A stretch of DNA of 64,000 nucleotides from an uncultured cyanobacterium. GTDB lineage: Bacteria; Cyanobacteriota; Cyanobacteriia; Cyanobacteriales; CAWUOF01. The notes below the pieces were generated by a model that worked only from the letters and a program-made list of their open reading frames with translations, was not told where the DNA came from and searched no databases. Each line of letters opens with the position of its first letter. Position 1 is the first letter of the stretch. The DNA lies in contig CAVUSO010000001.1 of the NCBI GenBank assembly GCA_963744145.1, forward strand, positions 5,216,001 through 5,280,000. Direction: 5' to 3'. Shown here one piece after another: positions 10,209 to 20,918 of the stretch. Made by a program: the position numbers and the translations under genes.

Positions 10209-10913
10209 CTAAGCTAAATAAGACACCCAAGCAGGTACAATCTCAGGAGAACCATACCATTTACCCTTGACGTTTGGTGAATGTCTAACCTCTGGTAAAA
10301 CCAGATTTTCCGCTCCAGTTAAATGAGCTGCTGCAATCGGTGTAATTCCATCTCCCCAAGTATTAGCAATTCCACAAGTTAATTGATAACTATTATAAGC
10401 TAACCAACTCCCCAAACGTCTTTCGCCATAAATAGACTTACCAGCTACACAAACATAACGAACATCTGGATAAAAAGCACCAGGATAATTATTATTAACA
10501 AAGTCTAAATTTTTGCGAGTCCAGCGCTCATATTTACTAAACTGAGGAGTACCCAAACAAACCAAAGTGCTGACCAAACTATGAGCATTCCATAAACCAG
10601 CATCCTCAGTTACATCTCCATGAATACAATAAGGTTTTTCCCCTAAATAAATCCGGGAAATCCACCCTCCAGCCGAATGACCAATGAGATTAATTTGGTT
10701 AACCTGATATTGTTGTAAAGTTGCTTTAACAGTACGATCGAGTAACCGCAAAATCGGGACAACAGAACGACCCCCTACAGTAGACAGCCAATTCCATTTT
10801 AAGACGGGTACTGTCACCGTCGGAAAACCTAAGTGCTGCAAAACTTGTTCTAATTCAAGATATTCATCAGCACTAGCGAAATAGCCCGGTAAAATAACAG
10901 TTGGCAATGGCAT
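10209..10913 (-). CDS. Alpha/beta hydrolase (lipase/esterase family)
   Basis: GHSAG nucleophile elbow, LGTP, GDGITP, C-terminal His. Confidence 0.8.
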   Translation of the reverse strand: MPLPTVILPGYFASADEYLELEQVLQHLGFPTVTVPVLKWNWLSTVGGRSVVPILRLLDRTVKATLQQYQVNQINLIGHSAGGWISRIYLGEKPYCIHGDVTEDAGLWNAHSLVSTLVCLGTPQFSKYERWTRKNLDFVNNNYPGAFYPDVRYVCVAGKSIYGERRLGSWLAYNSYQLTCGIANTWGDGITPIAAAHLTGAENLVLPEVRHSPNVKGKWYGSPEIVPAWVSYLA

Positions 10914-10931
10914 TGTAAATTTTAGATTTTA

Positions 10932-11660
10932 ATGGTGCAATTAGGCATACTTTACGGTATTAGTGTCGGTCCTGGCGATCCAGAATTAATCACCCTCAAA
11001 GCATTACGGTTACTTAAAAGTGTACCAGTCGTAGCTTTTCCCAAGGGAATCAATCATCAACCAGGTATAGCCCAGCAAATTATCGATCAATGGTTAACTC
11101 CAGAACAAGTACAGTTACCCTTAATTTTCCCTTATGTCCAAGATGATAGCATTCTCGAAGCAGCTTGGCAGCAAGCAGCCTTACAAATTTGGCCCTATCT
11201 CCACCAGGGTCAAAATGTCGCTTTTGCTTGTGAGGGAGATATCAGTTTTTACAGCACCTTTACTTACTTAGCCCAAACATTACAAAAATTATTTCCCCAA
11301 GTCCAAATTCAAACAATACCAGGAGTAGCTTCACCAATGGCTGTAGCTTCAGCTTTGGGTATTCCCTTAACCATTCGTAATCAAAAACTAGCAATTTTGC
11401 CAGCAGTTTATAATATAGAAGAATTAGAAATAGCCTTAATCTGGGCCGATGTGGTAGTCCTCATGAAAGTAAGTTCAGTTTATGAACAGGTTTGGAGTGT
11501 ATTAGAAAAACATGGATTATTAGATCAGAGTTGGGTGGTGGAAAGAGCTAGTACACCATTACAGATTATTTATTCAGGTTTACGCGATCGCCCCAACTTG
11601 AAATTGCCCTATTTTTCCCTCCTCATGATCCAGCTCAATCATCCGCTCAAGAACATTTAG
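10932..11660 (+). CDS. cobI: Precorrin-2 C20-methyltransferase
   Basis: GISVGPGDPELITLKA, CEGDISFYSTF, IPGVAS, VVLMKV, PYFSL. Confidence 0.9.
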   Translation: MVQLGILYGISVGPGDPELITLKALRLLKSVPVVAFPKGINHQPGIAQQIIDQWLTPEQVQLPLIFPYVQDDSILEAAWQQAALQIWPYLHQGQNVAFACEGDISFYSTFTYLAQTLQKLFPQVQIQTIPGVASPMAVASALGIPLTIRNQKLAILPAVYNIEELEIALIWADVVVLMKVSSVYEQVWSVLEKHGLLDQSWVVERASTPLQIIYSGLRDRPNLKLPYFSLLMIQLNHPLKNI

Positions 11661-11674
11661 CAGGCTTGTATATC

Positions 11675-13609
11675 ATGTCTTCTATATCCTACTCGTCAAT
11701 AATTTGGAAGTACCTACCAGAAACTTTCCGTCATCCTACCTTATTAGCCACTTTGGCATCAGTAGGTGTTCATGGACTTTTATGGGGTGTTTTACCGGTC
11801 TTACCTTTGAGTCCTAGCAATTCCGAACTCGACTCTAGACGTACTGTCAAACTGGTGGAGTTAACCTCAGCCGAACAAAATCTTCTACCACAATTTAATC
11901 TGCCTCAATCTACTTCGATTTTTAATCAAAAAGATTTATTATCTACTTTACCACCAGGACCACCGGCGATCGATGTCCCATCTTTACCTGGACTCCAGCC
12001 GGATGTTCAGTTTCAACCCTGGCCCAATATGCAGCCAGAATCTCCTGCTCCACAACTTCCAGCACCTTCGAGCCAAGTACCAAATAATTCTAGTCAACCC
12101 CAATTTCAGGTAGGAATTAATCCGGGAGAATCATCTTTTACACCAAATAACTTAGTGTCTAAGATGATCACCGGATTAAATCAACAGCAAAATCAAGAGC
12201 AAATAAATCCAAACCAGTTCAACCAAAATGACTCCCCCCCTATACCTCTCTGGCAACCACCTATTTTTCTTCAACAGCAAACTATTCCTGAACCAGTAGG
12301 AAATAATCTGGATGAGCAAACAAAGAAACAAAATATAGTTGTAGCGAAAGGAGCTGGTGGAATAGCTCAGGAAGCATTCCGGATCGGAGAACAAGCTCGT
12401 AATGCTGCTGAATTTCAAAAGAGTATCCAAAATGCCCCCCGCTTTCCCTATCGTGGACCAGAACCAGGTATATTTCCAAATCGAAGCGATCGACCTACGG
12501 GAAATGGGCAAATGGCTACCCAATATCAACCAAGTATTGATGCGACCAAAAATTATGGTAATTGGTTAAATGATGTCCAAAATACACACCGCGATCTAAA
12601 AACTGCCAATATTATTCGTGTGATCGCTCCCTATGCTGCCCAACCAGGAAGTCAAAAAATTGAGAGCAAAGCTTTAATTGGAATAGTTATCCAACCTAAT
12701 GGTGAAATAGATCAGTCTAAGTCCAAACTATTAGTAGGAACTAATATTGATTTTCTGGACAAAATCGCTTTACAAGCAGCTTTACAACAAGCGTTAAATA
12801 GCTTTAATCGCCTATCAAATAAAGATAAGCTCACTTCTAGAGCTTATCAAATAGAGGTTTCCTTACAACCAGGCCAATTTTCAAGTAATCAAGGAAATTC
12901 TCCTGGTGTTCAGAAAAATGCTGATCGACAGTCCCAACCTGGGTCAACAACTGGGAGCAATAATTCAACTCAGACTCAACCTGGGTCAACAACTGGGAGC
13001 AATAATTCAGCTCAGACTCAACCTGGGTCAACAACTGGGAGCAATAATTCAGCTCAGACTCAACCTGGGTCAACAACTGGGAGCAATAATTCAGCCCAGA
13101 CTCAACCTGGGTCAACAACTGGGAGCAATAATTCAACTCAGACTCAACCTGGGTCAACAACTGGGAGCAATAATTCAGCCCAGACTCAACCTGGGTCAAC
13201 AACTGGGGGCACCAGTACCACTCAGACTCAACCTGGGTCAACAACTGGGGGCAATAATTCAGCTCAGACTCAACCTGGGTCAACAACTGGGGGCAATAAT
13301 TCAGCTCAGACTCAACCTGGGTCAACAACTGGGAGCAATAATTCAGCTCAGACTCAACCTGGATCAACAACTGGGGGCAATAATTCAGCTCAGACTCAAC
13401 CTGGATCAACAACTGGGAGCAATAATTCAGCTCAGACTCAACCTGGATCAACAACTGGGGGCAATAATTCAGCTCAGACTCAAACACCTTCGACTACACT
13501 CGAGCATAATTCAAAGGGAAATTCTCCGACTAATCAAAGTAATGATGCTCATCATCAGGAAATTCATCCTGACAATCAGGGACATTCAAATATCCCCAAG
13601 GGGAACTAA
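11675..13609 (+). CDS. TonB-like membrane-anchored protein with Pro/Gln-rich linker and C-terminal tandem repeats
   Basis: N-terminal ASVGVH TM anchor; TonB_C-like segment (IGIVIQPNGEI...GTNIDFLDKIAL); 14-aa repeats. Confidence 0.6.
   Translation: MSSISYSSIIWKYLPETFRHPTLLATLASVGVHGLLWGVLPVLPLSPSNSELDSRRTVKLVELTSAEQNLLPQFNLPQSTSIFNQKDLLSTLPPGPPAIDVPSLPGLQPDVQFQPWPNMQPESPAPQLPAPSSQVPNNSSQPQFQVGINPGESSFTPNNLVSKMITGLNQQQNQEQINPNQFNQNDSPPIPLWQPPIFLQQQTIPEPVGNNLDEQTKKQNIVVAKGAGGIAQEAFRIGEQARNAAEFQKSIQNAPRFPYRGPEPGIFPNRSDRPTGNGQMATQYQPSIDATKNYGNWLNDVQNTHRDLKTANIIRVIAPYAAQPGSQKIESKALIGIVIQPNGEIDQSKSKLLVGTNIDFLDKIALQAALQQALNSFNRLSNKDKLTSRAYQIEVSLQPGQFSSNQGNSPGVQKNADRQSQPGSTTGSNNSTQTQPGSTTGSNNSAQTQPGSTTGSNNSAQTQPGSTTGSNNSAQTQPGSTTGSNNSTQTQPGSTTGSNNSAQTQPGSTTGGTSTTQTQPGSTTGGNNSAQTQPGSTTGGNNSAQTQPGSTTGSNNSAQTQPGSTTGGNNSAQTQPGSTTGSNNSAQTQPGSTTGGNNSAQTQTPSTTLEHNSKGNSPTNQSNDAHHQEIHPDNQGHSNIPKGN
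12935..13480 (+). repeat. 13 x 42-bp in-frame tandem repeat (QPGSTTG[S/G]NNS[A/T]QT)
   Basis: Unit caacctgggtcaacaactgggagcaataattcagctcagact counted 13 times. Confidence 0.95.
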
Positions 13610-13737
13610 GGTCAACAGCGTTTTCAGTCAGAATGTTAGATTATTAACCAAATACCTTTTAATTAATAAAAACTCAGCTCAACAAAGCTTTGTTTTCAAT
13701 GCCCATGTTAACGTATTACCAAAACGCCCGAAAAAAT

Positions 13738-15885
13738 ATGTGGGCAAAATTGAAAGAAAATTTCTGGGGAAACCATCGGATCTTTATTACTTTTACCAGT
13801 GTTGCTACCTGTGTTCTGATTCTACGTTTTGCAGGATTATTACAGACCTGGGAGTGGGCAGCTCTAGATTTACTTTTTCGGTTGCGTCCTGTTTCAACTG
13901 ATAACAATATAATTATTGTGGGAATTGATGAATCAGATTTACGACAATTTGCTATTGGTAATGCGCTGCTTGAAGATCGCTATCTAGCTCAACTTTTAGA
14001 AAAATTAGCTTTGTCAAAACCTCGGGCTATTGGTCTTGATCTTTTTCGGAACAAACCGATCGGCTCAGGTCAGTCTGAATTACAGAAAGCTTTTAAGTCT
14101 ATACCTAATTTAATCGGAATTGAGAGATTTCCTGATAAAACATCGGAGATTGAAGATACCATACCAGGACCAGCAATTTTAACCGCAGCTAATCGCGTCG
14201 GGTTTAATAATATTCCTCTTGATGATGATGGTAAAGTTAGACGTAGTTTGCTTTACGCGCATATCAAAGACCAGAAACATACAAGTTTTGCTTTAAAACT
14301 AGCTTTAATCTATCTGGCAAAAATAGGTATTAAACCAGAACCAGCAACAAGTAATCCTCAATATTTGCAACTAGGTAAGGCGACTTTTCAAGCTTTTCAA
14401 CCGAATGACGGTGCTTATGTCAGAGCTGATGCTGGTGGTTACCAAATTTTCTGTAATTTTCTTGGTCCTGTTGATACTTTTAAACCTATCTCCATCAGCG
14501 ATGTTCTGTCCGGAAAAGTTTCTTCAGAAGTATTCCGCGATCGCATTGTTTTGATTGGCTCAATTAGTCCAAGTCTCAAGGATCTTTTTTATATTCCCTA
14601 CAGTCAACCCGACAAAATTACTGGGGTTGAACTACACGCTAACTATATCAGTCAAATTATTGAATCCGCTCAATTTGGACGTCCATTAATCAAAGTTTGG
14701 GATAAGTATCTTGAAATTATCTGGATTGGTTTTTGGGCGTTTATTGGCACTAATCTTAGTTGGATCATTCGTGCTCCTCTGAAAGCTGTATTGACTTTAA
14801 TATTAGCAGGATTTAGTCTGACGGGTATTTGTTATTTAGCTTTTTTAAATGGCTGGTGGATTCCCTTAGTTCCCCCGCTATTAACCTTACTTGGTTCTTC
14901 ATTTGTCATCACAGGTTTTATCGCTTATTTGGAAGAAGAGCTAAAGAAATCTAAAGAATTTTTACATACTGTGATTAATACTATACCTGATCCGGTTTTT
15001 GTCAAAGATAAAGAACATCGATGGATTGTTTTAAATGAAGCTTATTGTAAATTTGTCGGATATCCCCTCGAAAAATTAATCAAAAAAACCGATTATGATT
15101 TTTTCAGTAAGCAAGAATCCGATTTATTTTGGCAACAAGAAAACCTAGTTTTTCAAGATGCACAGGAACATGAAAATGAAGAAACCTTTACAGATATTCA
15201 GGGGATTACCCATATAATTGAAACTAAACGATCGCTTCATAAAGATGCGGCTGGAAACCTATTTTTAGTGGGAGTCATTAGAGATATAACTGAGCGTAAA
15301 CGAATTGAAGAAGAATTAAAGAAAACCGCAGCCGAATTAGCTAGTTCTAATGCAGATCTGAGATTAGCCAAAGATTACTTACACCATCTAGCCTATCACG
15401 ACACTTTAACCGGGTTACCCAATCGGAAATTATTTTATGAACGTTTAATTCAATCAATCGAACGGGCATATATTCATAACCAATTAGTAGCCTTATTATT
15501 TTTGGATTTAGATGGATTTAAGGTAATTAATGATACCCAAGGACATAATTTTGGAGATCTTTTACTTAAAGCGATCGCATCTCGTCTGACCGGATGCTTA
15601 CGCAATAGTGACACAGTAGCTCGTTTAGGTGGTGATGAATTTACTGTGATTTTACCAGGTATTCCGAGTAAACAAGATACCATCATTGTGGCCGATAAAA
15701 TTCTCACCACGATTACTCAACCTTTTTTGATTGAGGAACAAACTATTTCGATCACAATCAGTATTGGGATTAGCTTGTTTCCGCTTGATGCAGAAAATTC
15801 AGATACCTTAATTAAAAAAGCTGATCAGGCCATGTATAAGGCCAAAGAAGAAGGTAAAAATACTTATAAGTTTTTTATTTCCTAG
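13738..15885 (+). CDS. CHASE2-PAS-GGDEF diguanylate cyclase
   Basis: CHASE2 (PRAIGLDLFR, GVELHAN), three TM helices, PAS (IPDPVFVKD), YHDTLTGLPNR and ARLGGDEF. Start could be as far upstream as 13690. Confidence 0.9.
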   Translation: MWAKLKENFWGNHRIFITFTSVATCVLILRFAGLLQTWEWAALDLLFRLRPVSTDNNIIIVGIDESDLRQFAIGNALLEDRYLAQLLEKLALSKPRAIGLDLFRNKPIGSGQSELQKAFKSIPNLIGIERFPDKTSEIEDTIPGPAILTAANRVGFNNIPLDDDGKVRRSLLYAHIKDQKHTSFALKLALIYLAKIGIKPEPATSNPQYLQLGKATFQAFQPNDGAYVRADAGGYQIFCNFLGPVDTFKPISISDVLSGKVSSEVFRDRIVLIGSISPSLKDLFYIPYSQPDKITGVELHANYISQIIESAQFGRPLIKVWDKYLEIIWIGFWAFIGTNLSWIIRAPLKAVLTLILAGFSLTGICYLAFLNGWWIPLVPPLLTLLGSSFVITGFIAYLEEELKKSKEFLHTVINTIPDPVFVKDKEHRWIVLNEAYCKFVGYPLEKLIKKTDYDFFSKQESDLFWQQENLVFQDAQEHENEETFTDIQGITHIIETKRSLHKDAAGNLFLVGVIRDITERKRIEEELKKTAAELASSNADLRLAKDYLHHLAYHDTLTGLPNRKLFYERLIQSIERAYIHNQLVALLFLDLDGFKVINDTQGHNFGDLLLKAIASRLTGCLRNSDTVARLGGDEFTVILPGIPSKQDTIIVADKILTTITQPFLIEEQTISITISIGISLFPLDAENSDTLIKKADQAMYKAKEEGKNTYKFFIS

Positions 15886-16240
15886 TTATTTTGCTCGCTC
15901 ATATTTTTAAAGTTAATCAAATTTTAATATATCCTAGCCTAGAAAATCCTGGTCAAAGGCTTGATCATCCGTAATCTTTTTTTGAATGTAGTAATTCAAA
16001 AGTCTTTTACCTACAGAGAAAATACGGAGATAGCTGACATAATTGATCCGATCAAATGACCCAACCTTATTTTAACGAAATAAGTTTAACGAAAACTTTA
16101 CAGTAGCTTAAGACACTAAAATGTTATGACTATAGGTGAAGTACAAAAAACTTAATTAAATAATCCGGTAAATATGGTAGAAAAAAGGGTAGAAAATCTA
16201 ATTGTCAGTGATCAAATCCGTAGATTTACTGATATTATAG

Positions 16241-16543
16241 ATGCAAAGGGAAAGCATTTACGGTTTTGGCGGCTATGGTTTTAAAGGTGTTATGGGTACT
16301 TTATCGAAACTGGCAAGCATAACAACGATAGTTGTTAGCATTCAACTTAACTCGGCTGGTATGACCCCTGCCCTAGCAGATTCCTCCATACCTAGCAAAA
16401 TGTTATTCCATCAAAGATCAGACCAATCGTCACTTTTAGCTGATTACGAACCACCAGCAACTGAAGGTAGTCCTGGTAAGACTGGGGATGCAGGAACACA
16501 CTGCATCCCCAAACCGAATCTCCAAACAGCAGCAATTACTTAA
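16241..16543 (+). CDS. Small secreted protein with DUF928-like PP..G.P....GT motif
   Basis: Signal-peptide-like segment ending PALA; C-terminal DYEPPATEGSPGKTGDAGTHC. Confidence 0.55.
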   Translation: MQRESIYGFGGYGFKGVMGTLSKLASITTIVVSIQLNSAGMTPALADSSIPSKMLFHQRSDQSSLLADYEPPATEGSPGKTGDAGTHCIPKPNLQTAAIT

Positions 16544-16575
16544 AAGTAGATTAATTCTGAAAAAAGCTGATCAGA

Positions 16576-18330
16576 CTAAAGATCCGCTGAAAGTAAATCG
16601 GTAACTAGGGGCTTTGAAGGCCACCAAAGTTGGTTTTGGACTAAAGTATGAACTTGCCACTCTGGCTCGGCTGTAGGGAAATCTTCACGATAGTGCCCAC
16701 CACGACTTTCAGCGCGAAATAAAGCGCTCTTGAGAATTAAATAAGCGACATCTAGTAAATTGCGTGTTTCTCCCCAAATCCTTATTTGTTGATCAGGATC
16801 AGATAAAGCCAACCGGACGGTCGAGTTGATAGGTAAATTGAGTAAAAATTGGCTCACGGGCAAAGCTGCAAATTTGTGTTGCCAAAATTCGACCTTGGCG
16901 ATCGCAGTGCTAAGAGTTGATGCTTGTCGAGAAATTCCCGCACTTTGCCACACCAAACGGGATAATTCTTGTCGCAGCTCACTCAGATCCATTCCTAAAT
17001 TTAACCAATCGAATTCAGGATGTAATTGATTCAACTCTGACTCGATCGAAATAGGTACATCTAACTCCGGAATTTCCAGATCAGCCAATTGCGCCCCAAA
17101 AACTATACATTCTAATAAAGAATTGCTAGCCAAACGATTAGCACCATGTACCCCCGTACTAGCAGTTTCTCCTACCGCATACAAACCAGGAATGGAGGTA
17201 CGACACATTAAATCCGTCGCAATTCCCCCCATCCAGTAATGAGCTGCGGGTGCAACGGGAATTGGTTCATGGAAAACATCTATTCCCCAGTCTTGACATA
17301 CCTGAATAATATTAGGAAAACGATGGAGAATCCGCTCTCTCGGAATTAGACGTAAGTCTAACCAAACATTACTCCGAGCCGGATCGACTCCTAGTCGTTG
17401 AAAATGACTAAAAATAGCACGACTGACTATATCTCTAGGTGCTAATTCTCCAGCTGGATGGTAATCAAAGGTAAACCGATATCCTTGATCATCAACTAGA
17501 TGGGCTCCTTCACCCCGCACTGCTTCACTAATTAGAAAACGTGGTGCTGAAGCCTTAGTTAAAGCCGTAGGATGAAATTGGACAAACTCTAAATCCCTGA
17601 GCAAAGCACCCACACGCCAAGCGATCGCGACTCCATCTCCGGTACTAACGGTAGGATTAGTTGTTTGGGCAAAAACTTGACCACCCCCACCAGTCGCTAA
17701 CACCACTGCTGATGCGTGCACCCAGCGAATTTGACTTTGATAATAAAGTAGTAAGCCTTGGCATCTGTGTTGATCGGGATTTAACCACAGATCAATGGCA
17801 AAAGCTGGAGATAAAACTTGAATATTTTCACGTCTGAAGACTTGATCGGCTAAGGTACTAACCACTGCCCGCCCTGTCGTATCGGCTGCGTGTAATACCC
17901 GTCGCTGGGAGTGGGCTGCTTCTAAAGTCAAGGCTAAAGCATTACCCTGTCGGTCAAAAGCAACTCCTAGATTGAGCAACGATTGAATAGTTGCTGGTGC
18001 TTGTTCAGCTAAGAATTTGACCGCTTCCTCGTCACATAATCCAGCTCCAGCCCGGATCGTATCTTCAATATGGAGCTTGGGAGAATCTTCTGGAGCGATC
18101 GCTGCCGCAATCCCACCTTGAGCCCACTCACTAGCTGATCCAAACAAAATATCTTTGGTAATCAAACCAACCTGCAAATGACTAGGTAGACAGAGAGCAG
18201 CATAGAGTCCAGCCGCACCAGCACCTACCACCAGTACGTCAAAATGTTTGGGTAGATCCCCACTGAAAAGATTTACCAATGAAAAATCGCTCCCTGTTAA
18301 TGGGGTTGAGCTAGATTTGATTTCTAACAT
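16576..18330 (-). CDS. nadB: L-aspartate oxidase
   Basis: GAGAAG, SEWAQGGIAA, EFVQFHPT, LISEAVRGEG, HYWMGG, GVHGANRLASNSLLE. Confidence 0.95.
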   Translation of the reverse strand: MLEIKSSSTPLTGSDFSLVNLFSGDLPKHFDVLVVGAGAAGLYAALCLPSHLQVGLITKDILFGSASEWAQGGIAAAIAPEDSPKLHIEDTIRAGAGLCDEEAVKFLAEQAPATIQSLLNLGVAFDRQGNALALTLEAAHSQRRVLHAADTTGRAVVSTLADQVFRRENIQVLSPAFAIDLWLNPDQHRCQGLLLYYQSQIRWVHASAVVLATGGGGQVFAQTTNPTVSTGDGVAIAWRVGALLRDLEFVQFHPTALTKASAPRFLISEAVRGEGAHLVDDQGYRFTFDYHPAGELAPRDIVSRAIFSHFQRLGVDPARSNVWLDLRLIPRERILHRFPNIIQVCQDWGIDVFHEPIPVAPAAHYWMGGIATDLMCRTSIPGLYAVGETASTGVHGANRLASNSLLECIVFGAQLADLEIPELDVPISIESELNQLHPEFDWLNLGMDLSELRQELSRLVWQSAGISRQASTLSTAIAKVEFWQHKFAALPVSQFLLNLPINSTVRLALSDPDQQIRIWGETRNLLDVAYLILKSALFRAESRGGHYREDFPTAEPEWQVHTLVQNQLWWPSKPLVTDLLSADL

Positions 18331-18425
18331 TAACCTTACTTTAACGAGAGCGACCTCAAATTAGGGCTTTTTTTTAACTAATGACACCAAATGCTAAATC
18401 CGTACTAACAACTTAGACCGGATTT

Positions 18426-18875
18426 CTATTTATATACGCCATTGTTAATTCGATCATTACCCTCGACCAGCGCTTGTTCAACTGGTGTTACCGTAAAATT
18501 ACTGAGATTAGCTTGCAGAACTTCTTTCTGGTGCTCGCTTAAACCCTTTATTTCCAGAACATCTTCCACCTTTGCATAAGGAGCATAACGGACGATGATG
18601 CTAGCTAAAGTCGGGTAAAGTCCTTTATGTTGGCGAAATGCACGGACATTAGTATTATTCAAATCAATTTTTTGGCCAAATTCTGTGGACAATTTCACAT
18701 CCACTTGGTTTTCCACAGCCAATAGGGGTGATGTGCCCCATTGTCCCAGGTGAAAATCTGCCGCGATCGCCGATGGAGAGCCACCAAATCCCACTAAACA
18801 GCCGATCAACAGTCCGAGCATGGCCACTATGCGTCCAAAGCTTTTCATCAATTTATTCTCCCTCGATTTACACAC
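18426..18875 (-). CDS. psbU: Photosystem II 12 kDa extrinsic protein
   Basis: [40 protein letters not shown]. Confidence 0.95.
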   Translation of the reverse strand: MCKSRENKLMKSFGRIVAMLGLLIGCLVGFGGSPSAIAADFHLGQWGTSPLLAVENQVDVKLSTEFGQKIDLNNTNVRAFRQHKGLYPTLASIIVRYAPYAKVEDVLEIKGLSEHQKEVLQANLSNFTVTPVEQALVEGNDRINNGVYK

Positions 18876-18935
18876 AGCATTATTTATTTAGAGACTACCA
18901 TCTCTGTTGAAATTCTTCCTAAAAGGTTCTCATAT

Positions 18936-19928
18936 TTACGATTCTGATTCAGAATTTTTTCTTTTTACCACCGCATCTAGATCCGCAAAGGAGCCCGCAT
19001 AGGTGATCGTCGGTTTTTCATACCCTTTTAAGTTGACTGTATATTGTTTGAAACGGTTTTTCGCTGTTCCTAAAGCACAAAGGTAACGATAGGTAGTTTC
19101 TCCTAACGCTATATCCATCCCAATTTCCTTGGTGGAGGTCTCTAAACGAAAAGCCGCATTCACCGTATCTCCCAAAGCGGTATAATCTGGGCGATCGCCA
19201 CTGCCCGTATTACCTACCATGGCATAACCCGTATTAATACCTGCTCCAATCCGTAAGGGAAAAGGTAGAGGGTATTTTCCGGTCAATTCTTCTGTGGCTT
19301 TATGTAAATCACTCAGGGCTTGAAAAATCCTCAATACTTCTGTATTACTTACTTCCGTTGAGCCATGAAACCAGACCGCCATGACCGCATCACCGATATA
19401 TTTATCAACCCAGCTTCCTTGCTCCCGAATAATATTGCCAGCTTGACGGAACCAAGTGCCAATTAATTCCGACAGAATTTGCTCATCTAATTGTCTGGTT
19501 AAACCTGTGAAGTTACGGATATCTACTACCATCACCGAAATTAATCGGCGCACATGTAAAGCTGCCGTAAAATCTTGGGGGTCTTCATCAACTTGATGGG
19601 AACTGGTTGAACTATGAAATTCTAGTTCAATTTGACCAAAGGTCAAGCGATCGCCATTTTGTAAGGTGACAGGGATACTGACCCGGCGTCCATTGACAAA
19701 TGTGCCATTGCGACTCCCCAGGTCTATTAAATAAAAATCTCCCGTCTCCATCCGCTGTAACATGGCGTGGTTGCGGGAAATCCATCGATCTGGCAGTACA
19801 AAGTTGTTATCTTCACTACGGCCAACAGTCCAGCAATTACTACCAACCAAAGGCAGATAACGATTACCAGACTCGGTGCGAAGTAACAGATAAGGAGTTG
19901 GTTGCAACGTCACCACAGGCTGAGCCAC
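18936..19928 (-). CDS. FHA-domain class III adenylate cyclase
   Basis: FHA (GRSEDN, ISRNHA, DLGSRNGTFVNG); cyclase (VVDIRNFT, DKYIGDAVMA, GDTVNAAFRLE). Confidence 0.9.
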   Translation of the reverse strand: MAQPVVTLQPTPYLLLRTESGNRYLPLVGSNCWTVGRSEDNNFVLPDRWISRNHAMLQRMETGDFYLIDLGSRNGTFVNGRRVSIPVTLQNGDRLTFGQIELEFHSSTSSHQVDEDPQDFTAALHVRRLISVMVVDIRNFTGLTRQLDEQILSELIGTWFRQAGNIIREQGSWVDKYIGDAVMAVWFHGSTEVSNTEVLRIFQALSDLHKATEELTGKYPLPFPLRIGAGINTGYAMVGNTGSGDRPDYTALGDTVNAAFRLETSTKEIGMDIALGETTYRYLCALGTAKNRFKQYTVNLKGYEKPTITYAGSFADLDAVVKRKNSESES

Positions 19929-20038
19929 GACTACTGGTCGTTTAGAAACTTTAATAATAAGCAGTATAGACGACCCTTAGTTTATCCCGAATTAGCACAA
20001 CTTAGCTATTGTGATCAATACTTAAGTTTGTCCTTTGT

Positions 20039-20752
20039 TTACACAACTGAGGCAGCTAACCCAAACAGGCTGTCTACCAAAATTGTACTTAATACTGCAC
20101 CGCTAAATGCCCACCCAGGTAAGTGTGGGGTTAATTCTTTTTGGTGGGAACGCAAAGGTAACAGACCAACAACTAAGAGAATTATGCTCAAAATTATCGC
20201 CCAACCTATACCCCAAGGTGTTTTTACTTGGGCGATCGCACTTTGAAAAATCGGTATTGTTAGTTCTGGTTCTACCTCCATAATTTTCCGCCAGTAGGGA
20301 ATTAGATCCACTAGATAAAAATATATATCAGTGATGGCAGTGCCAAATAAGGAACCTAAATAAAACCAACTGCCAATTTGCCATTTTTGCTGTCTGAGAC
20401 ATCCGATGATTACTGGTAAGGCAATTGCTTCTACTGGTAGGTGTAGCAGGGGTTCCCAGCGCAACCAGCCCCAATAAATTGAACCAGCTAACCAACTCCA
20501 GCTAAATCCGAAGATTAAGTCTCCCCAGATTTTAGTTGATTGATATTTTATGAGCCACTGACTTAAACCTAGCCAGCCAATCGTGATGATCAGACTTAGT
20601 TCTGGCAACTGTCTTACTAATGGTGCTTCGATAAATACTGGTACTGATACTAATAATACAGCAGTCGCAAATACCCATCCAGTTTGGGGCTTGATCAAGC
20701 CCCCTGCTACTGGGCGGGTGATTAATGGGGAGGGTGGTGTATAGTAGGACAA
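20039..20752 (-). CDS. DUF3120-like cyanobacterial membrane protein
   Basis: VPVFIEAPLVR, GSIYWGWLRWEP, FSGAVLSTILVD. Confidence 0.75.
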   Translation of the reverse strand: MSYYTPPSPLITRPVAGGLIKPQTGWVFATAVLLVSVPVFIEAPLVRQLPELSLIITIGWLGLSQWLIKYQSTKIWGDLIFGFSWSWLAGSIYWGWLRWEPLLHLPVEAIALPVIIGCLRQQKWQIGSWFYLGSLFGTAITDIYFYLVDLIPYWRKIMEVEPELTIPIFQSAIAQVKTPWGIGWAIILSIILLVVGLLPLRSHQKELTPHLPGWAFSGAVLSTILVDSLFGLAASVV

Positions 20753-20918
20753 AATTTTGTTAATCTTTCTTATTTAATTTACGTTTCTTAACATATCATA
20801 AAATATCCCCCTAGGGGGGATAAATTTGAGATTATTTTGGTTGATGACAATCAGTAGGCAATTTTGCCTGATGCCGTTAGGCTAGACCAAGAAAGATGTT
20901 TGCAAGTTTGAAATTTTT

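Noticed and set aside
12837..13901. Repetitive ORFs 12837-13487 (-) and 12906-13901 (+)
   Set aside because: Alternative-frame shadows of the 42-bp repeat in the real gene. The repeat has no spacers, so it is not a CRISPR array either.
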